Under the pieces are notes generated by a model. That model was not told the DNA's origin and ran no database searches. It saw nothing but the letters and a program-made list of their open reading frames with translations. The translations under genes and the position numbers were made by a program. A stretch of DNA of 64,000 nt from Octopus vulgaris (Eukaryota): the NCBI GenBank assembly GCA_951406725.2, contig OX597816.1:41230001-41294000 (forward strand), written 5' to 3'. Positions 26,745-41,070 of this stretch are shown piece by piece. Position 1 is the first letter of the stretch, and every line of letters begins with the position of its first letter.

Positions 26745-27140
26745 TCTTTTCTACTATAGGCACAAGGCCTGAAATTTTTGGGGACGGAGTAAGTCGACCG
26801 CATCAACCCCAGTATTCAACTGGTACTTAATTTATCGACCTCGAAAAGATGAAAGGCAAAACGACCTCGGTAGAATTTTAACCCCGAACGTAACGGCAGA
26901 CTAAATACCCATTTCTTTACTACCAACAAGGGGCTAAACACAGAGAGGACAAACATGGAAAGACAAACGGATTAAGTCGATTATATCGACCTCAGTGCGT
27001 AACTGGTACTTATTTAATCGACCCCGAAAAGATGAAAGGCAAAGTCGACCTCGGCACAATTTGAACTCATAACGTAACGGCAGACGAAATACGGCTACAC
27101 ATTTCTCCCGGCGTGCTAACGATTCTGCCAGCTCGCTGTC
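26745..27140 (-). mobile_element. Dimeric SINE family B (tRNA head, Meta/MESC-like core twice, two different tails)
   Basis: Head gagctggcagaatcgttagcacgccggg; core gcctttcatcttttcg(g/a)ggtcgat.aa.taagtaccagtt occurs twice. Confidence 0.85.
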
Positions 27141-27275
27141 TTCTATCGTATTATAATACAAACTGAGTAAACAGAACATCCCTAACATAATGACAACAAC
27201 AGAATATCCCTTTGTGTATTTTCCGTTTTATAATGCATTAAAATATTGCTATTCTGCGGAAAAATCATGCATCTG

Positions 27276-27311
<36 letters not shown>

Positions 27312-27330
27312 GGTGTATAAACGTTGAACG

Positions 27331-27419
<89 letters not shown>

Positions 27420-27502
27420 AAAGGTAAAATTAATTAACTAATTAATAATTAATAATTTTACCGAGTAATCCGGTATGTTAAAATAATCATTTTCGGTAAA
27501 CT

Positions 27503-27815
27503 TATACATAAAATTTCATAATTATGAGTATAATTACAATTAAGGTTCAGCAAAAATTTACTTCATCACATACCGAAATTTAGAAATAGCAGTTAAAATC
27601 TAGCTATTTCACTACCATAAGAAAACCTCCCAGGCAGTAAATACTCAACAACCCAATCTGCGTGGGTTGTTAAGTATTTGCTGTCCGGCGGATTTTCTGA
27701 TGGTAATGAAATAGTTAGATTTTAACTGCTATTTCTAAATTTCGGTATGTGTTGAAGCAATTTTTTGCTGAACCCTGATTATAACTATACTCATAATTAT
27801 AAAATGTTATGCATA
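27503..27815. repeat. ~150-bp-arm palindrome with 7-nt loop between (TA)n tracts
   Basis: Arms meet at acccA-atctgcg-Tgggt (27655/27663); the left part is related to 57590-57745. Confidence 0.9.
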
Positions 27816-27827
27816 TATATGTATATA

Positions 27828-27873
<46 letters not shown>

Positions 27874-27959
27874 TTTAACACTAGAATTTTTCCCACTAGA
27901 CCGCTGGTAGCGATAAATTTCTATTGAATTTTTTGCTACCCTATATAATTGATTAATTG

Positions 27960-28077
<118 letters not shown>

Positions 28078-28147
28078 GTACGTATATACGTATATATGTA
28101 TATATGTATATATTTAATATGTATATATATATATATGCATATATGTA

Positions 28148-28207
<60 letters not shown>

Positions 28208-28446
28208 CATATATATACATACTTGCATATGTACATACCTGCGTATATGTGTGTACGCACCCACATATGTATATGCATGAATACATGTATGCCTGTATGC
28301 ATTCATATTTGTATATGCATAGGTAATATACTTACACATATGTTTATAAGCATACATATCTCTGCCACTGCTTAGTTTCTTCGTCCTACTTCTATGCAGA
28401 AAATTGTATACCTACATATACATTCACACTCACACACGCGCACACA

Positions 28447-28525
<79 letters not shown>

Positions 28526-29113
28526 GTTGACATATAAATGCACACAGGTACACGCCTTAGTATTTTATATATATATCCTTTTGCATGAATGTGCGTGTTT
28601 GCGCGCGCGCATGTGAGTTTGAGTTAGTAGGAATATATGTAATTATGAAGGGGTGTGTGCTCTTAATTTTAATAGGATATTCGTCAGCCTATTGTGGAAG
28701 AATAAATAACTGCAGACAAATTAATTTTAATGACGTCTTTCTTAATGTACAGCTGCGTTCATTGGAAACTTTATATAGTTTTCAATTGAATTAAACATTT
28801 TTGCGATAAGATGCTTCTTAAGGTAATGGCTCTGTTAATTACTAATTTATAATTATATTAGGATATAACAAATCGAGTTTAGATATTTTCCGACTTTGTT
28901 ACATAAAACCAAATATAGATACAGGAAAGATACGTGCAGGAAAGTATATGTTTATAATGCTACTGAAACAAACAAGCAAGCAAACAAACAAACACGATGA
29001 ACTAATGTGAATAATAATAACTCACTGTCTGCTTGAAATACAAGAGATTTAATCAGTTAATTACGTAGAAAGAAGCCCTAAGATATATACATATATTTCT
29101 ATATGAATGTATG

Positions 29114-29155
<42 letters not shown>

Positions 29156-29265
29156 CATACATACATACACACACATATATATATATGCATATATATATAC
29201 ACACACACATATATATATATATATACACACATATATAAGCAATTATGTACACATATATATGTATA

Positions 29266-29361
<96 letters not shown>

Positions 29362-30370
29362 CACACATATATGTGTGTATAAGTCTGTATACGTATATAC
29401 GTATATATACAAAGACGTGTATGTATTTATATATGCATATACAACCGTAGGTTGGGTTGCTCCATTTTTTAAAATTCTTCCTATTGATAAAGATTATTTA
29501 TAAAAGAGTTTTAAAAGTGTTTTAAATTCAGCGTTTTGATGAAAGAAGCAACTTTCATTTTTGTAGCACCAGCTTAGTTCGTACTGTTTGAAGATGAAAA
29601 GACGCATGAAGAATGATTTCTCTTCGCTCTATGTTGCCGAGCTCAAGTCCTTATTATATGAATTGTTCTATTAAGATGATATTGAAACGATTTCATTTGG
29701 TTAAAAGTTACGTTTGATGAGGCACGTGCAATATCGTATCATACTACAAATGTCATGTTTCACAGCTCTGACATTCGCACGCTCGAAGGGTGAAATTGTA
29801 TTTGGTAAGCATATTCTAAACAGCCTGCCACATCCTATTTAACGCCTTGATTGGAAATCAATGAAGCGGTTCAAAATCATGAATTGAGCATCAGAAGATG
29901 ATCAGCAATTATATTTGCAGACTTCCTTGTTTTGGAGAATAAACAAGATCAGCATGGCCATTGAAAAAGAACACAAAACATTTTACTCCCGAACTCTGCA
30001 AAGAAATATATACATGTTCCGAATCTGTACGTCAAATATTGAGTCTATCAACTGACCCAACAAATGAATATCTTCAGGAAATTCGATATACTGTTATAAT
30101 AAGCAATACGTTTTTAAATTTAATATAATTAATACGATGATTAGTTCAAAACTATATTTGTACGTGACTATGTGTGAGTATATATGAATAGTAATATTTC
30201 ATGGTTGTAATTTTTATTCACCACCTGATGACTGTGTTCTAGCAAGTTTTCCGATGAAAGCATACATTCTGGGCTACACCCTAAGAAATATTACAGAATA
30301 TATCGTCTTTAAATCCCTGATTGACGCAGTCCACCTCCTGTTCTCAGGCGTGCTGTCTTCATTCTCCCCT

Positions 30371-30412
<42 letters not shown>

Positions 30413-30800
30413 TGTATGATGCTTCTTAGTCTCCGTTTCTCGGAGCTTACAGCTACTGTTATCCTTGTTGCGTTCATCGACCAGTCCCGTCCTAACAAAT
30501 GTACTAATCATTCTTTCCTCACAAAACACGTCTCTTTTCACAATATCTTTTATATAGATATGACCAAAGTTCAATACGACAAGTCTAGCATGAAGCTCAG
30601 AAGTCTCGGAGGTTCTGTCCATGTCATGGATTTACCTCTTCTTCCAATCTCAATAAATGGAAAATATAATAATAAATTTGATACATTGATTTATTTCTTT
30701 AGTTAAATTTGTTTTTTATTTATATTTGAACGCCCAATTCAGTTTATTATCTAAGTTACATCCATATAAGCACAACTGATCCAAATTGACATAAAATTTA

Positions 30801-30973
30801 GGCGCAGGAGTGGCTGTGTGGTAAGTAGCTTGTCTACCAACCGCATGGTTCCGGGTTCAGTCCCACTGCGTGACACCTTGGGTAAGTGTCTTCTACTATA
30901 GCCTCGGGTCGACCAAAGCCTTATGAGTGGATTTGGTAGACGGAAACTGAAAGAAGCCCGTCGTATATATGTA

Positions 30974-31009
<36 letters not shown>

Positions 31010-31223
31010 TTTGTGTGTCTGCGTTTGTCCCCTAGCATTGCTTGACAACCGATGCTGGTGTGTTTATGTCCCCGTCACTTAGCGGTTCAGCAAAAGACCG
31101 ACAGAATAAGTACTGGGCTTACAAAAGAATAAGTCCCGGGATCAAGTTGCTCGATTAAAGGCGGTGTTCCAGCATGGCCGCAGTCAAATAACTGAAACAA
31201 ATAAAAGAGTAAAAGAGTAAGAG
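30801..31223 (+). mobile_element. SINE family A, full length
   Basis: ggcgcaggagtggctgtgtggtaag (A box), gggttcagtccc (B box), accttgggtaagtg CORE-like block, (taaaagag)n tail. Confidence 0.95.
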
Positions 31224-31260
31224 TATTCGTAATGCATACAGGGAGATATAGGGATGAATA

Positions 31261-31677
31261 TGAGGTGTATTCCATAAGTATTGAGACTTCTTCGGGAGAG
31301 GCAGTTATAACTGTCAAAGATTATAGTAACTTTCACTATGTCATTACTATTCATCTAATGATCTGACTTACCAAATCAACTTTTTTTAACTACATACAGT
31401 AGTAGTTTGTTGAAGCTGTTTGGACACTTTATTAAGAACTGCTTGTCACATCTCCATCTTTGTAACAAAAACATGGGCATCAAAAGTGTCCATCAACATC
31501 CTAATGTTCAGATCTTGCTTCCTATGACTTTCCGTTTTTCCCTCAAGCTGAAGGAGAATCTTTGGAACAGTTTACTTTAAAGACATTGAGAAGATGGAGG
31601 CTGGACACCTTCAATTTAGAGGATTTGAAAAGGATGTCTCTCCTGAACAAGTCTCAAAACTTTTAGAATGAACCTCA
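31261..31677 (+). mobile_element. Internally deleted mariner element
   Basis: TIRs tgaggtgtattccataagtattgagactt / aagtctcaaaacttttagaatgaacctca; internal SDLASYDF..KLKENL remnant of the YSPDLAPxDF motif. Confidence 0.85.
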
Positions 31678-31803
31678 TCTATAGTCTTCCATTCATACTT
31701 TCATTCGCATACTGACTTGTAATGTGTTAACTGCTACTGATATTCCACTGGTATATATGTGCATATATTTACATACAGGCAGACATTTGTATATACGTCC
31801 ATA

Positions 31804-31846
<43 letters not shown>

Positions 31847-32770
31847 CAGAATTTCTCTTAATAGTAATACTTCGAAATATATTTTATTTGTAAAAATATC
31901 TATGTTATATATGTATATTGTATGTGCATAAATAGTTAAACAGACTGACAGAACAGACTTACAGATACATACATACATACATACATACATACATACATAC
32001 ATACATACATACATACATACATACATACATGCATACATGCAGTGATTGATGGATAGATAGAGAGACAAATAGAATGAATGGTATATACATACGTAGTTTC
32101 GCAGATAGATACATATATAGATATTTGATAAACTTTTTATGTCAATTACTTTATATTGTTTAGACTTAATTGAGACAGTTGTTTAATTGTAGTCTTATTC
32201 CAATTTTCTTTAGCCTCCAGTCATGCAACACCTTGCGTAATAATATTTCTTCCAACATATTTCCGTTCGTTTTGAGCGAAAGCAATGGTTTATTACTAAG
32301 ACATTTCAAATATTCTGCAATATAACTATATAAATATAATATCTAAAAGTATCTTCCAAAATATATCAATATTATTTGAAAAATATTTTTTTATATAATC
32401 CGACAAAGAACCTTTATGAAAATAATGATTTATTTAATTTATCTCTGAATAATCTAATTTACCTTCACACTATTTACAGATCGAACTTACTGCAAAATTC
32501 TGTACATATATATGAGTCCCGTTATAAACATACGTAATTGAGTAATCTATATGGATTTATTGAAATGAAGATATGGTATCAGCTTTATTTCACATGAAAA
32601 TTGATATCAGTTAAGAATGTTAAACTATTATTGTGGTCTGTATTTTCTAGATTTTAGCCCATACAACGAACAATTGAATTTATACGCATGTATAACAACA
32701 AGCCTGTAGTTACTGGAGATTGGTATATCAGTATTTTCACATTGAAATAAGAAACATGTATGGAACTAGA

Positions 32771-32831
<61 letters not shown>

Positions 32832-34029
32832 CCTTACATAATTACAAATACATTTTGGTTATATTGGCATACACCAAAAGCGAGCCTCCTAATATATTTT
32901 TAAGAACTGATCATACAATAACGAATCACTTATCCTCTACCAGATTGCATTTTCATGACGAAAACAAAGAGAAAATAATAATTATTTTATGGAAGACGAG
33001 ATAATGTGAATTGAGTTCGGAGGAAATACTACTGCCAGCAAAATTTATATACATATTTTTCAGGAGTGTTAGAAAACTAATTATACTGAAATCGTATTAC
33101 CTAATGAAATGATCACCTATGTACGATATCTGATACGAACTTCCCAAAGGAAATAGAATGTATTGCGAAATCGAAAATATGGTTCTGTATTTGGTAAATT
33201 TGATATAAAATGGGTAAATGAGAAGTTAAATGGGAAGTGATAGAAAATAAAGCAAATACGTGCAGATAGGATTATCTAGTACATGAAAAGGTAAACAATA
33301 CGTCTGCTCACATAGACATTTCGACATATTTTAGCCATAATAATGTTTTAGCCAAAGTAATATTTAGCCAAAATAACGTTTGGAAAGAGCACAAAGCAAT
33401 ATAACGTTTGTATATTTGAATCATTAACTAATAGTTGTGTTTAAATGTGAAAATATCCCCCATGCCCATTTGAGAGCTAGATATGATAAAGAAAAACGTG
33501 AACAAAACTATTAAACAAACTATTGACAATTCCTTTCCGATTCTGTGTGTTCCTCCATTTTTTCTCCATCACCTTCATATGGTCAATGCGACACTCACAC
33601 TATGACGTCTTCCTTCCAAGCACTTCTGTAAAGAGCAGAATTGAGCTAAAACGTTAAAACTTATTGCGCACGCGTAGCAGGGTCCATGGATGCCAAGTGG
33701 CTTTACACTGTGTGCTTCAGCTTCGTTACTATGGCACCTGGCCGAATACTTATTGATGAGACAACGTGTTTGATTTAATACTTTGCTTTGACAACGTAAA
33801 TGACAAAGATCAACGTTCAGTCCGGCATTTAAATTTGGTGTGACAGGCTTACGCAGTGGAATTTTAGGAGGTTCAAAGAAGAATATAAGGAGACGGTATG
33901 TTTTAACTGATCAATAATTGTCTTTACTTGCTTTTGATTATATATAATGTATTTTCTATTTGTATTTGGAAGATGAAAGTGACTAGTTGAAGGTTGGGAA
34001 CCTTGTAGATAATTTCTACAGTATGTGTA

Positions 34030-34400
34030 TAGCTTGCTTACAAACCACATGGTTCCGGGTTCAGTCCCACTGCGTGGCACCTTGGGTAAGTGTCTTCTAC
34101 TATAGCCGCCGGGCAACCAAAGCCTTGTGGGTGGATTTGGTAGACGGAAACTGAAAGAAGCCTGCCTTATATATATATATATATATATATATTTGTGCCT
34201 GTGCCCCCCCCCCCCCCATCATCGCTTGATAACCAATCCTGGTGTTTTTACATCCCCGTAACTTAGCGGTTCGGCAAAAGAGTACGTTAGAATAAATACT
34301 AGGCTTACAAAGAATAAGTCCTGGAATCGATTTGCTCAACAAAACGTGGTACTCCAGCATGGCCGCAGTCAAATGACTGAAACAAATAAGAGAAAAAGAG
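34030..34400 (+). mobile_element. SINE family A, slightly 5'-truncated
   Basis: Collinear with 30801-31223. Confidence 0.93.
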
Positions 34401-34985
34401 AAAATGCGCTTAATGAAAAGCTGTAAAATTGTTTTTTTTCTTTGTCATATTCTTGGGACGGCTTAATGTGATTGTGGAAGGAGGAAAGGGTTACATATTT
34501 AGACGTTAGAGAAAAAAAAGCAACTACTGGATGGAAATCTTTTAATCTTTATTAGCCAACAACATATTGAATGCTATTGCTAGTAATGCTAATTATGATA
34601 ATTGGGTATGATAACTGTAACCACTGCTAAATAGCACGAACAAAATCGTACTCTTGTATATTTAAAGAAACCTATAACGTACGATTTTGCAGGTACATTA
34701 AAGGAACGTATATCAACTGGAAGTCAAATATAATGACTGAGCTTCCGTTAGTGATAAACGTTTAGCTATAGAATTGAATTCTATATTTCATCCGAATGAC
34801 GAAAGATTAGGATTTGAAAGTATGTCGTTGACTTTAAATATTATATTCACAATCTTGAATCTGAATTTCTCAACCGGTACACCGGTACATTGCTGTTTCT
34901 ATAACCACACTCATTTCAAAAATAAATAATATATATAAAAATAAACATATATATATATATGTACGTGTGTGTGCGCGTCTGTGTG

Positions 34986-35040
<55 letters not shown>

Positions 35041-35367
35041 TTTATATATACTATATATATATATATAGTACATATATATATAGTACTATACATATATATA
35101 GTACATTTTGAAATGTGATGATTACTATGAACGTATGAACGCGCTAATTGAACTATATGGAAATTAATAGATATTTTTTTCAATGTTTAACATACTTGAA
35201 CTTTGTAAAAATATTTATTAAAATACAATAGTAAAAACTGTGTTCCCTTATTAACAATTAACTCGGATAAAATAGATAAATAGATACCATGGTAGCAAAA
35301 GATCACACAAGTAAAGAGGTTGTAACGCCTTGTTTTTAAAGGTAGAAATTTCGAATTTACGTGGAAT

Positions 35368-35435
<68 letters not shown>

Positions 35436-35755
35436 GATGTATATACAAATGTCTGCCTGTATATATGTATATAATGCTCGAAATGAAGAGTAAATAGACA
35501 GCTGGTAACTGTCCTGTTTTACATTTGTGTCTCTCGCTGTTTGCGTGTTGAACTTATTTGTTTTTGTATTTAATGTTACCTGATTTTGGCGACGTCCTGT
35601 ACCTATATACGCATATATATATATACATTTATCATATATATATATATATATACAATAATTGGAGTTTGAAAAACTTCCTAGTAATTTTGGACATCCTATT
35701 ATACTTTACTTAAATAAAATGCACTGCAAAGATAGAGGAACGGCTTCTATCCTTG

Positions 35756-35840
35756 CCGCCAGTTTCACGCCAGGTTCACGCCAGGTTCACGCCACGTTCA
35801 CGCCAGTTTTACGCCTGTATTACTTACGCCAGTTTGACGC
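35756..35840. repeat. 11-bp minisatellite (acgccagkttc)n
   Basis: About five adjacent units plus two degenerate ones. Confidence 0.9.
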
Positions 35841-35954
35841 TCCCCTATATGGTTCACATGCATATATCTCTCTTGATCATCATTTGGAAGCAATATTGAA
35901 TAAAGCATTAATGTGAAGACGGTGCGGCAGATAGGAAATATGTTGATCTTCTTT

Positions 35955-36292
35955 TATTGTTTTGCTTGTTTCTGTCATTTGATGGCGGCCATGCTGGAGC
36001 ACCACCTTAAGGGGTTTTAGTCGAAGAATTCGACCCAAGGACTTATTCTTTATATGCCTAGTTCTTATTCTATCAGTCTCTTTTGCCGAACCACTAAGTT
36101 ACAGGGACGTAAACACACCAACATCGGTTGTCAAATGATGACAGAGACACACACACACACTTTCATTTTCCTTCTACCAAATCCAGCCACAGGGCTTTTG
36201 TCGGCCCGAGGCTATATTAGAAAACACTCTGCCAAGGTGCCACGAAGCGGGACTGAACCCGGAACCATATTACCACACAACCACGCCTGCAC
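35955..36292 (-). mobile_element. SINE family A, diverged
   Basis: ggccatgctggagcaccacc...ctaagttacagggacgtaaac...gggactgaacccggaacc. Confidence 0.9.
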
Positions 36293-36339
36293 CTATATAC
36301 TTATGATATTCTTGTCATTCCTATATAACTGTCTCTCAA

Positions 36340-37250
36340 TTTTCTAGTAGCTTTCCGTCCTTTTCCATACATATTCCAATAACATCATCTTTCTAATTGA
36401 TGTATTGTCTAGGATCTGAATATGATATTAATTGCATAAATATTCTTCGTGGTTGAACATATTTTGACGTGCTCTATTCTTTCGTTCCATCATTCTCATG
36501 ATTTCGTTAGCATTAACACCATGTATTAGTTTCATAACTGACTGTTTTTATTTTGAAACTCTTGACTCGTACCCATATCGTTACCATTTCCGTTAAGCAT
36601 GTAAAGCTAATGTAAACTTGTCATTAAGTGATTATTCTCTTCGGGGATGAACATTACACACGTAGTGGTATGTTTGATCTAGTAATTGGTAACAGTACGG
36701 TCCTGGTGGTAGAGGGATATTTGCTCTAAAAGATGCCAAGGGAAAGGTATAATTATTGATTTCGATATGCTTCTAGTATTTCAATACCCTTTGCTAATTA
36801 TCGTTAAATATCACTCTCACTTCAAGTGTATTATCCTCCAAATTTTCCAGCGGAACGTTAATGTCCTTCATTTGCTGCCTTTGCAGCGGTTTAATGATTC
36901 CCAACGAAGTTGTCGAAATTGGAATGTGGGTAGATTATATCAATTACCCAATAATAAGAGGCCCCTAAAAATTATTTCTAGCTCTTCTCACTCGCTATTG
37001 CTTAATACACCTACTTTCTTTAATATATTCTAGGCCTTCTATCAGTTTTGTCTCACTGCATTATATCGGTTTCGAGCCCGTTCTGAATATATCTATCTCA
37101 CTTTTGTTTCAATGTTATTCTCTAGTTGGGTATCTGTTCCTGGGAGATATTTGTTTCCTCATCCCTTGCCAGTTCTGTTTATTCTTTTATTTTTTTTTAT
37201 ATATTCTTTTGTTGGATCTCACATCATATCGTGTTTTGTAACTTTTGTGA
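36340..37250 (-). pseudogene. Decayed RTE-like RT C-terminus
   Basis: Minus fragments resembling RYGYES (YGxExW), RMMER and QLENNIE; many disruptions. Confidence 0.4.
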
Positions 37251-37337
37251 TCACGTTAATTTCGTTTCACTTCTAATAACTTGATGCATATCAGCATTGG
37301 TGATGTATGCGTGTGTGTGTGTGAGAGAGAGAGAAAC

Positions 37338-37376
<39 letters not shown>

Positions 37377-38957
37377 AAGAGATAGAGAGAGCCTTATGCA
37401 AGAGATTGGTTTTATATATGTACAGCGATTTGCAGTCGTTCCATTAACTCCTGTGTTTGATCGTTAATACTTGCTCTATTAACATTATATTCTCTCTTTA
37501 TGCTTACCAACCTGCTCAATGTAAAGCTTCTTCCTTTAACTGAAACTGTAGTCAACACCTCCTGTGATGGTATTCACTTCAAGATAATCTGCATTAATAT
37601 TATGATTTAAAGGAAGATGGTGAGCGGGCAGAATCGTAAGCACGCTGGGCAAAATGCCTAGCGGCATTTCGTCAGTTTTTCGGCGCTGAATTCAAATTCC
37701 GTATAATTTTTGTATGAGGTTTCAAATACTTCTCCCCGATTTTCGTTAATTCGCTAGTGTTTTAAAAGCAGATTCTTTTCCTTCTTTTTTTTTCTTTTCC
37801 TTCGAAATTTCTGATTTAATGAGAAGCTAGATAGATAGCTGACAACTGTTGCTTGCGTATTGAACTCATTTGGTTTTGTATTTTATGTTGTCTACGTTTG
37901 GTGACATCCCTCTTTCACCGTTTTCTCTCTGTCTCTCTCCCCTTCTCTCTATTTTCCCTCTCTCATCTCTCACACATGACTATGTCCATCTTTCTTTTTC
38001 TCACGTGACCATCTTTCTTTTCAGGATGTTTTTTTTCTCTCTCTTCTCTCTTTTCTCTTTTCAAAGAAAATATTTCTCTCAGCTTGCAATGTTCTTCTCT
38101 CACTCTGGTCTAAAGATCCCCCGTATTTATTTTCCTTGTATGACTCCACTGTCCTGTTTTTGTTCGCAACTTTGACACTCCATAAATCCTACATTTTATT
38201 TTAGAATCTATGGGAGCAACTGTCTTTGAAGACTCATATTATTGTTGAATGCTCGAAATGAGGTGTAGATAGACAGTCGACAACTGATGAAGGGTCATTT
38301 CTCTGTGTTTAGGTTTCCTGTTTTCCATTTTTTACTCTCGTTTGTTTTCGTACTTCATGTTGTTACACAGTTAGTGGCGTGCTCTACCCATACATGCGTA
38401 TGTATATGTATATATATTATTTATTATTCCTATGTATATGTATATGTATGTATAGATATATCTATGTATATATGTATATGTATATATGTATATGCATGAA
38501 TAGATATAAATATATGCAAAATTAGAGAAAGGAGTAGAGAAAATTCGGGTTACATATGTCTTATAACTAGCGGAACCTCGGAAATAGTAAATATCCAAAC
38601 GAAGGGTAGACCACAACCAACTCTTAAGGCCAAGATTAATTGATTACATGAAGTTACCACTCTCGTTAGGATATCTCGCGAGAGCTCGCAGAGAATTCGA
38701 TGAGTAAAAACCACAGTTCGAGAGGAAGCATATATGTTATCGAAAGCTCTCCCGAATAGAATTTTGAAAACGCTGCGTGATATCTCCGACATTTCGATTT
38801 TAAATATTTAAACAATTCGGACATTCGATTTTATAAATTCAAACAATTCGGATATTCATACATGCATAAATACATGCATAAATACATACACACACACATA
38901 CATACATACATACATACGTACATACATACATACATAAATACATACATACATACAAGT

Positions 38958-39217
38958 GGTGACGCGTGGTTTGGTGGTTATGGTTTTGGACTTATTATCG
39001 TAAAATTGTGGTTTCGATTACTGGATCGCGTGGTGCGTTGTGTTCTTAAGCAAAACACTTCATTTCACCTTGTTCCAGTCCACTCAGCTGGTACAACTGA
39101 ATAATGCTGTGACCGACCGGCGTTCCGTCTACGTGGGTAATATATATATACTCTATGAACCTGAGAAAGCGGCCCTTAATAGTCGGTATGACTCGAGAAG
39201 GTAACTTTACCTTTACT
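38958..39217 (+). mobile_element. tRNA-derived SINE family D (CORE-like plus V-like domain)
   Basis: tRNA head ending ggtttcgattac, gttgtgttcttaagcaaaacactt, gctgtgaccgaccggcgttccgtc, (ctttac)n tail. Confidence 0.7.
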
Positions 39218-39322
39218 TATATGTGTACAAATGTAAATACATACTGAGAAAGAGAGAGACAGAGAGACAGAGGGAGAGAGAGAGAGACGCATGTCCATGT
39301 CATATTTTTGCCTTATATACAA

Positions 39323-39705
39323 TCTCTCCATATATAAACGGCAGTTTGTCTGTGCGTGTTTCTGTGTGTCTGTTTGCTTGTACCCTCACCCTGACCACGG
39401 CTTTCAACCGATTCTGATGAAACTTGACACACACATAGCCCAATGTCATAATTCAAAACTAACGCAGCGAAAATTTTGAAAAGTTCCCCCAGTTCTGAAA
39501 AAAATCGATAAATTCGACATGGGGTCGAGAATCAGAAACACAAACCGCAAACTGTCTAGGGGACGCAACTCCACCTTTTTTTAACTAAAAAAAAATTTAC
39601 CATCATTTTTTTCCATTTTTTTGCTATTTTTTGGCTATAACTCTCTAAAAATGCTTTATAGTTATTTCCCTTACAAGCCTGAGCAACGCCGGGCGATACT
39701 GCTAG
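39323..39705 (+). mobile_element. Non-autonomous Helitron
   Basis: A|TC 5' end, CTAG|T 3' end, subterminal hairpin gcctgagcaacgccgggc (39677-39694), no TSD. Confidence 0.92.
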
Positions 39706-40687
39706 TCGTATATAAAGCTGGCAAAAGTTAATTGAAGCATAACTCCATTAGTCACCTTACTGCTTTGCAAATAGATTTTACAATGAAAAGGTTGACAGTA
39801 ACTTCGAACTTTTACTTCTCAGGAATCCCTTCCATAGAGAAACTCCAATATCACTGTAAAACCTCATGGTATACATACATATAAACTTACATAAATATAT
39901 GCATGTATATAATCTACGTGTCAAAATGATATATGACAAAAATAACAAAAATAACGAGACCAGGAATATCCATAATCAGCACTAATCTACATTTTAGAGA
40001 AAATGGTATCCAATGATACGATCAGGAAATCAATCACGTATATGTTTATTGATCCTGTCAAACACCAGTTTCTACTTTTTCCATTTGCAATGAGTATTCA
40101 TTGTGTTCATTTTTCCCACGCTATTCTACAATTGATTTATTTCGATAGGGAAATGGAAGTAGTTCGTTTGTTTTCAATCTACCTATCTATCTGCAGGTTT
40201 TATTTTACATTTTCCATCACGTTTAAAGAATTCTATGAATGGAAAAGTGAGTGTATGTTATTATGTTACAACTAGTCAAAACAAATAAGCAAAACCAGAA
40301 AGAAAAATATCGTGTGTGAGTTCAGCCATACACACACCGCGCCCTTCTACAAAATATTAACATACTCAGTAATACAATATACAGTCATATATATTTGTAT
40401 TCCCAATTGGAAATTAGAATTCATTTTTACCAAGTACTTGCTGGGAAATAAAAATGTTCAAAGGGGGAAAATAGTTATTTTGCTCTCACTATCTTTTATG
40501 CAACCATTCACCCTTTAAATACGAAGAAGTTTTTGTATATTATTATTATTGTCCTAGGTATCAAAGTTTAAATTCACGTTGATCCAAGTTTGTCGTTCGC
40601 TCCAAACGTAGTTCATATACCGCTAAAAGGGCAATTTATGTATTTGACAGGTAGGCTCCTTACTAATGTCCATTGATATCTTCAACC

Positions 40688-41070
40688 GGTGGAGGTGCAA
40701 TGACCCAGTGGTGAGGGCAGCAGAGTCGTGATCGTAGGATCGCGGTTTCGACTCCTAGACCGGGCATTCTGAGTGTTTATTGAACGAAAACATCTAAAGC
40801 CCCACAAAGCTCCGGCAGGGGGTGGTGGCGAAACCTGCTGTACTCTTTCACCACAACTTTCTCCCACTCTTTCCTCCTGTCATGTTGTACCTGTATTTCA
40901 AAGGGCCAGCCTTGTCACACACTGTGTCACGCTGAATCTCCCACGAGAACTACGTTAAGGGTACACGTGTCTGTGGAGTGCTCGGCCACTTGCACGTTTG
41001 TTTCACGAGCAGGTTGTTCCGTTGATCAGATCAACTGGAACCTTCGTCGTCGTAACCGACGGAGTACCAA
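40688..41070 (+). mobile_element. tRNA-derived SINE family C, alternative tail
   Basis: Head shared with 10961-11251, then unrelated 3' sequence ending cgtaaccgacggagtacc. Confidence 0.85.

Noticed and set aside
30220-30300. CTGATGA followed by GAAA
   Set aside because: No consistent stems; same for CTGAnGA hits near 1813, 6046, 6501, 7208 and 41203.
30254-30706. 150-aa ORF and antisense gag/SCAN-like hint
   Set aside because: Spans a (CT)n tract and has no convincing motif.
35756-35840. CRISPR-like array
   Set aside because: Adjacent 11-bp units without spacers, in eukaryotic DNA.
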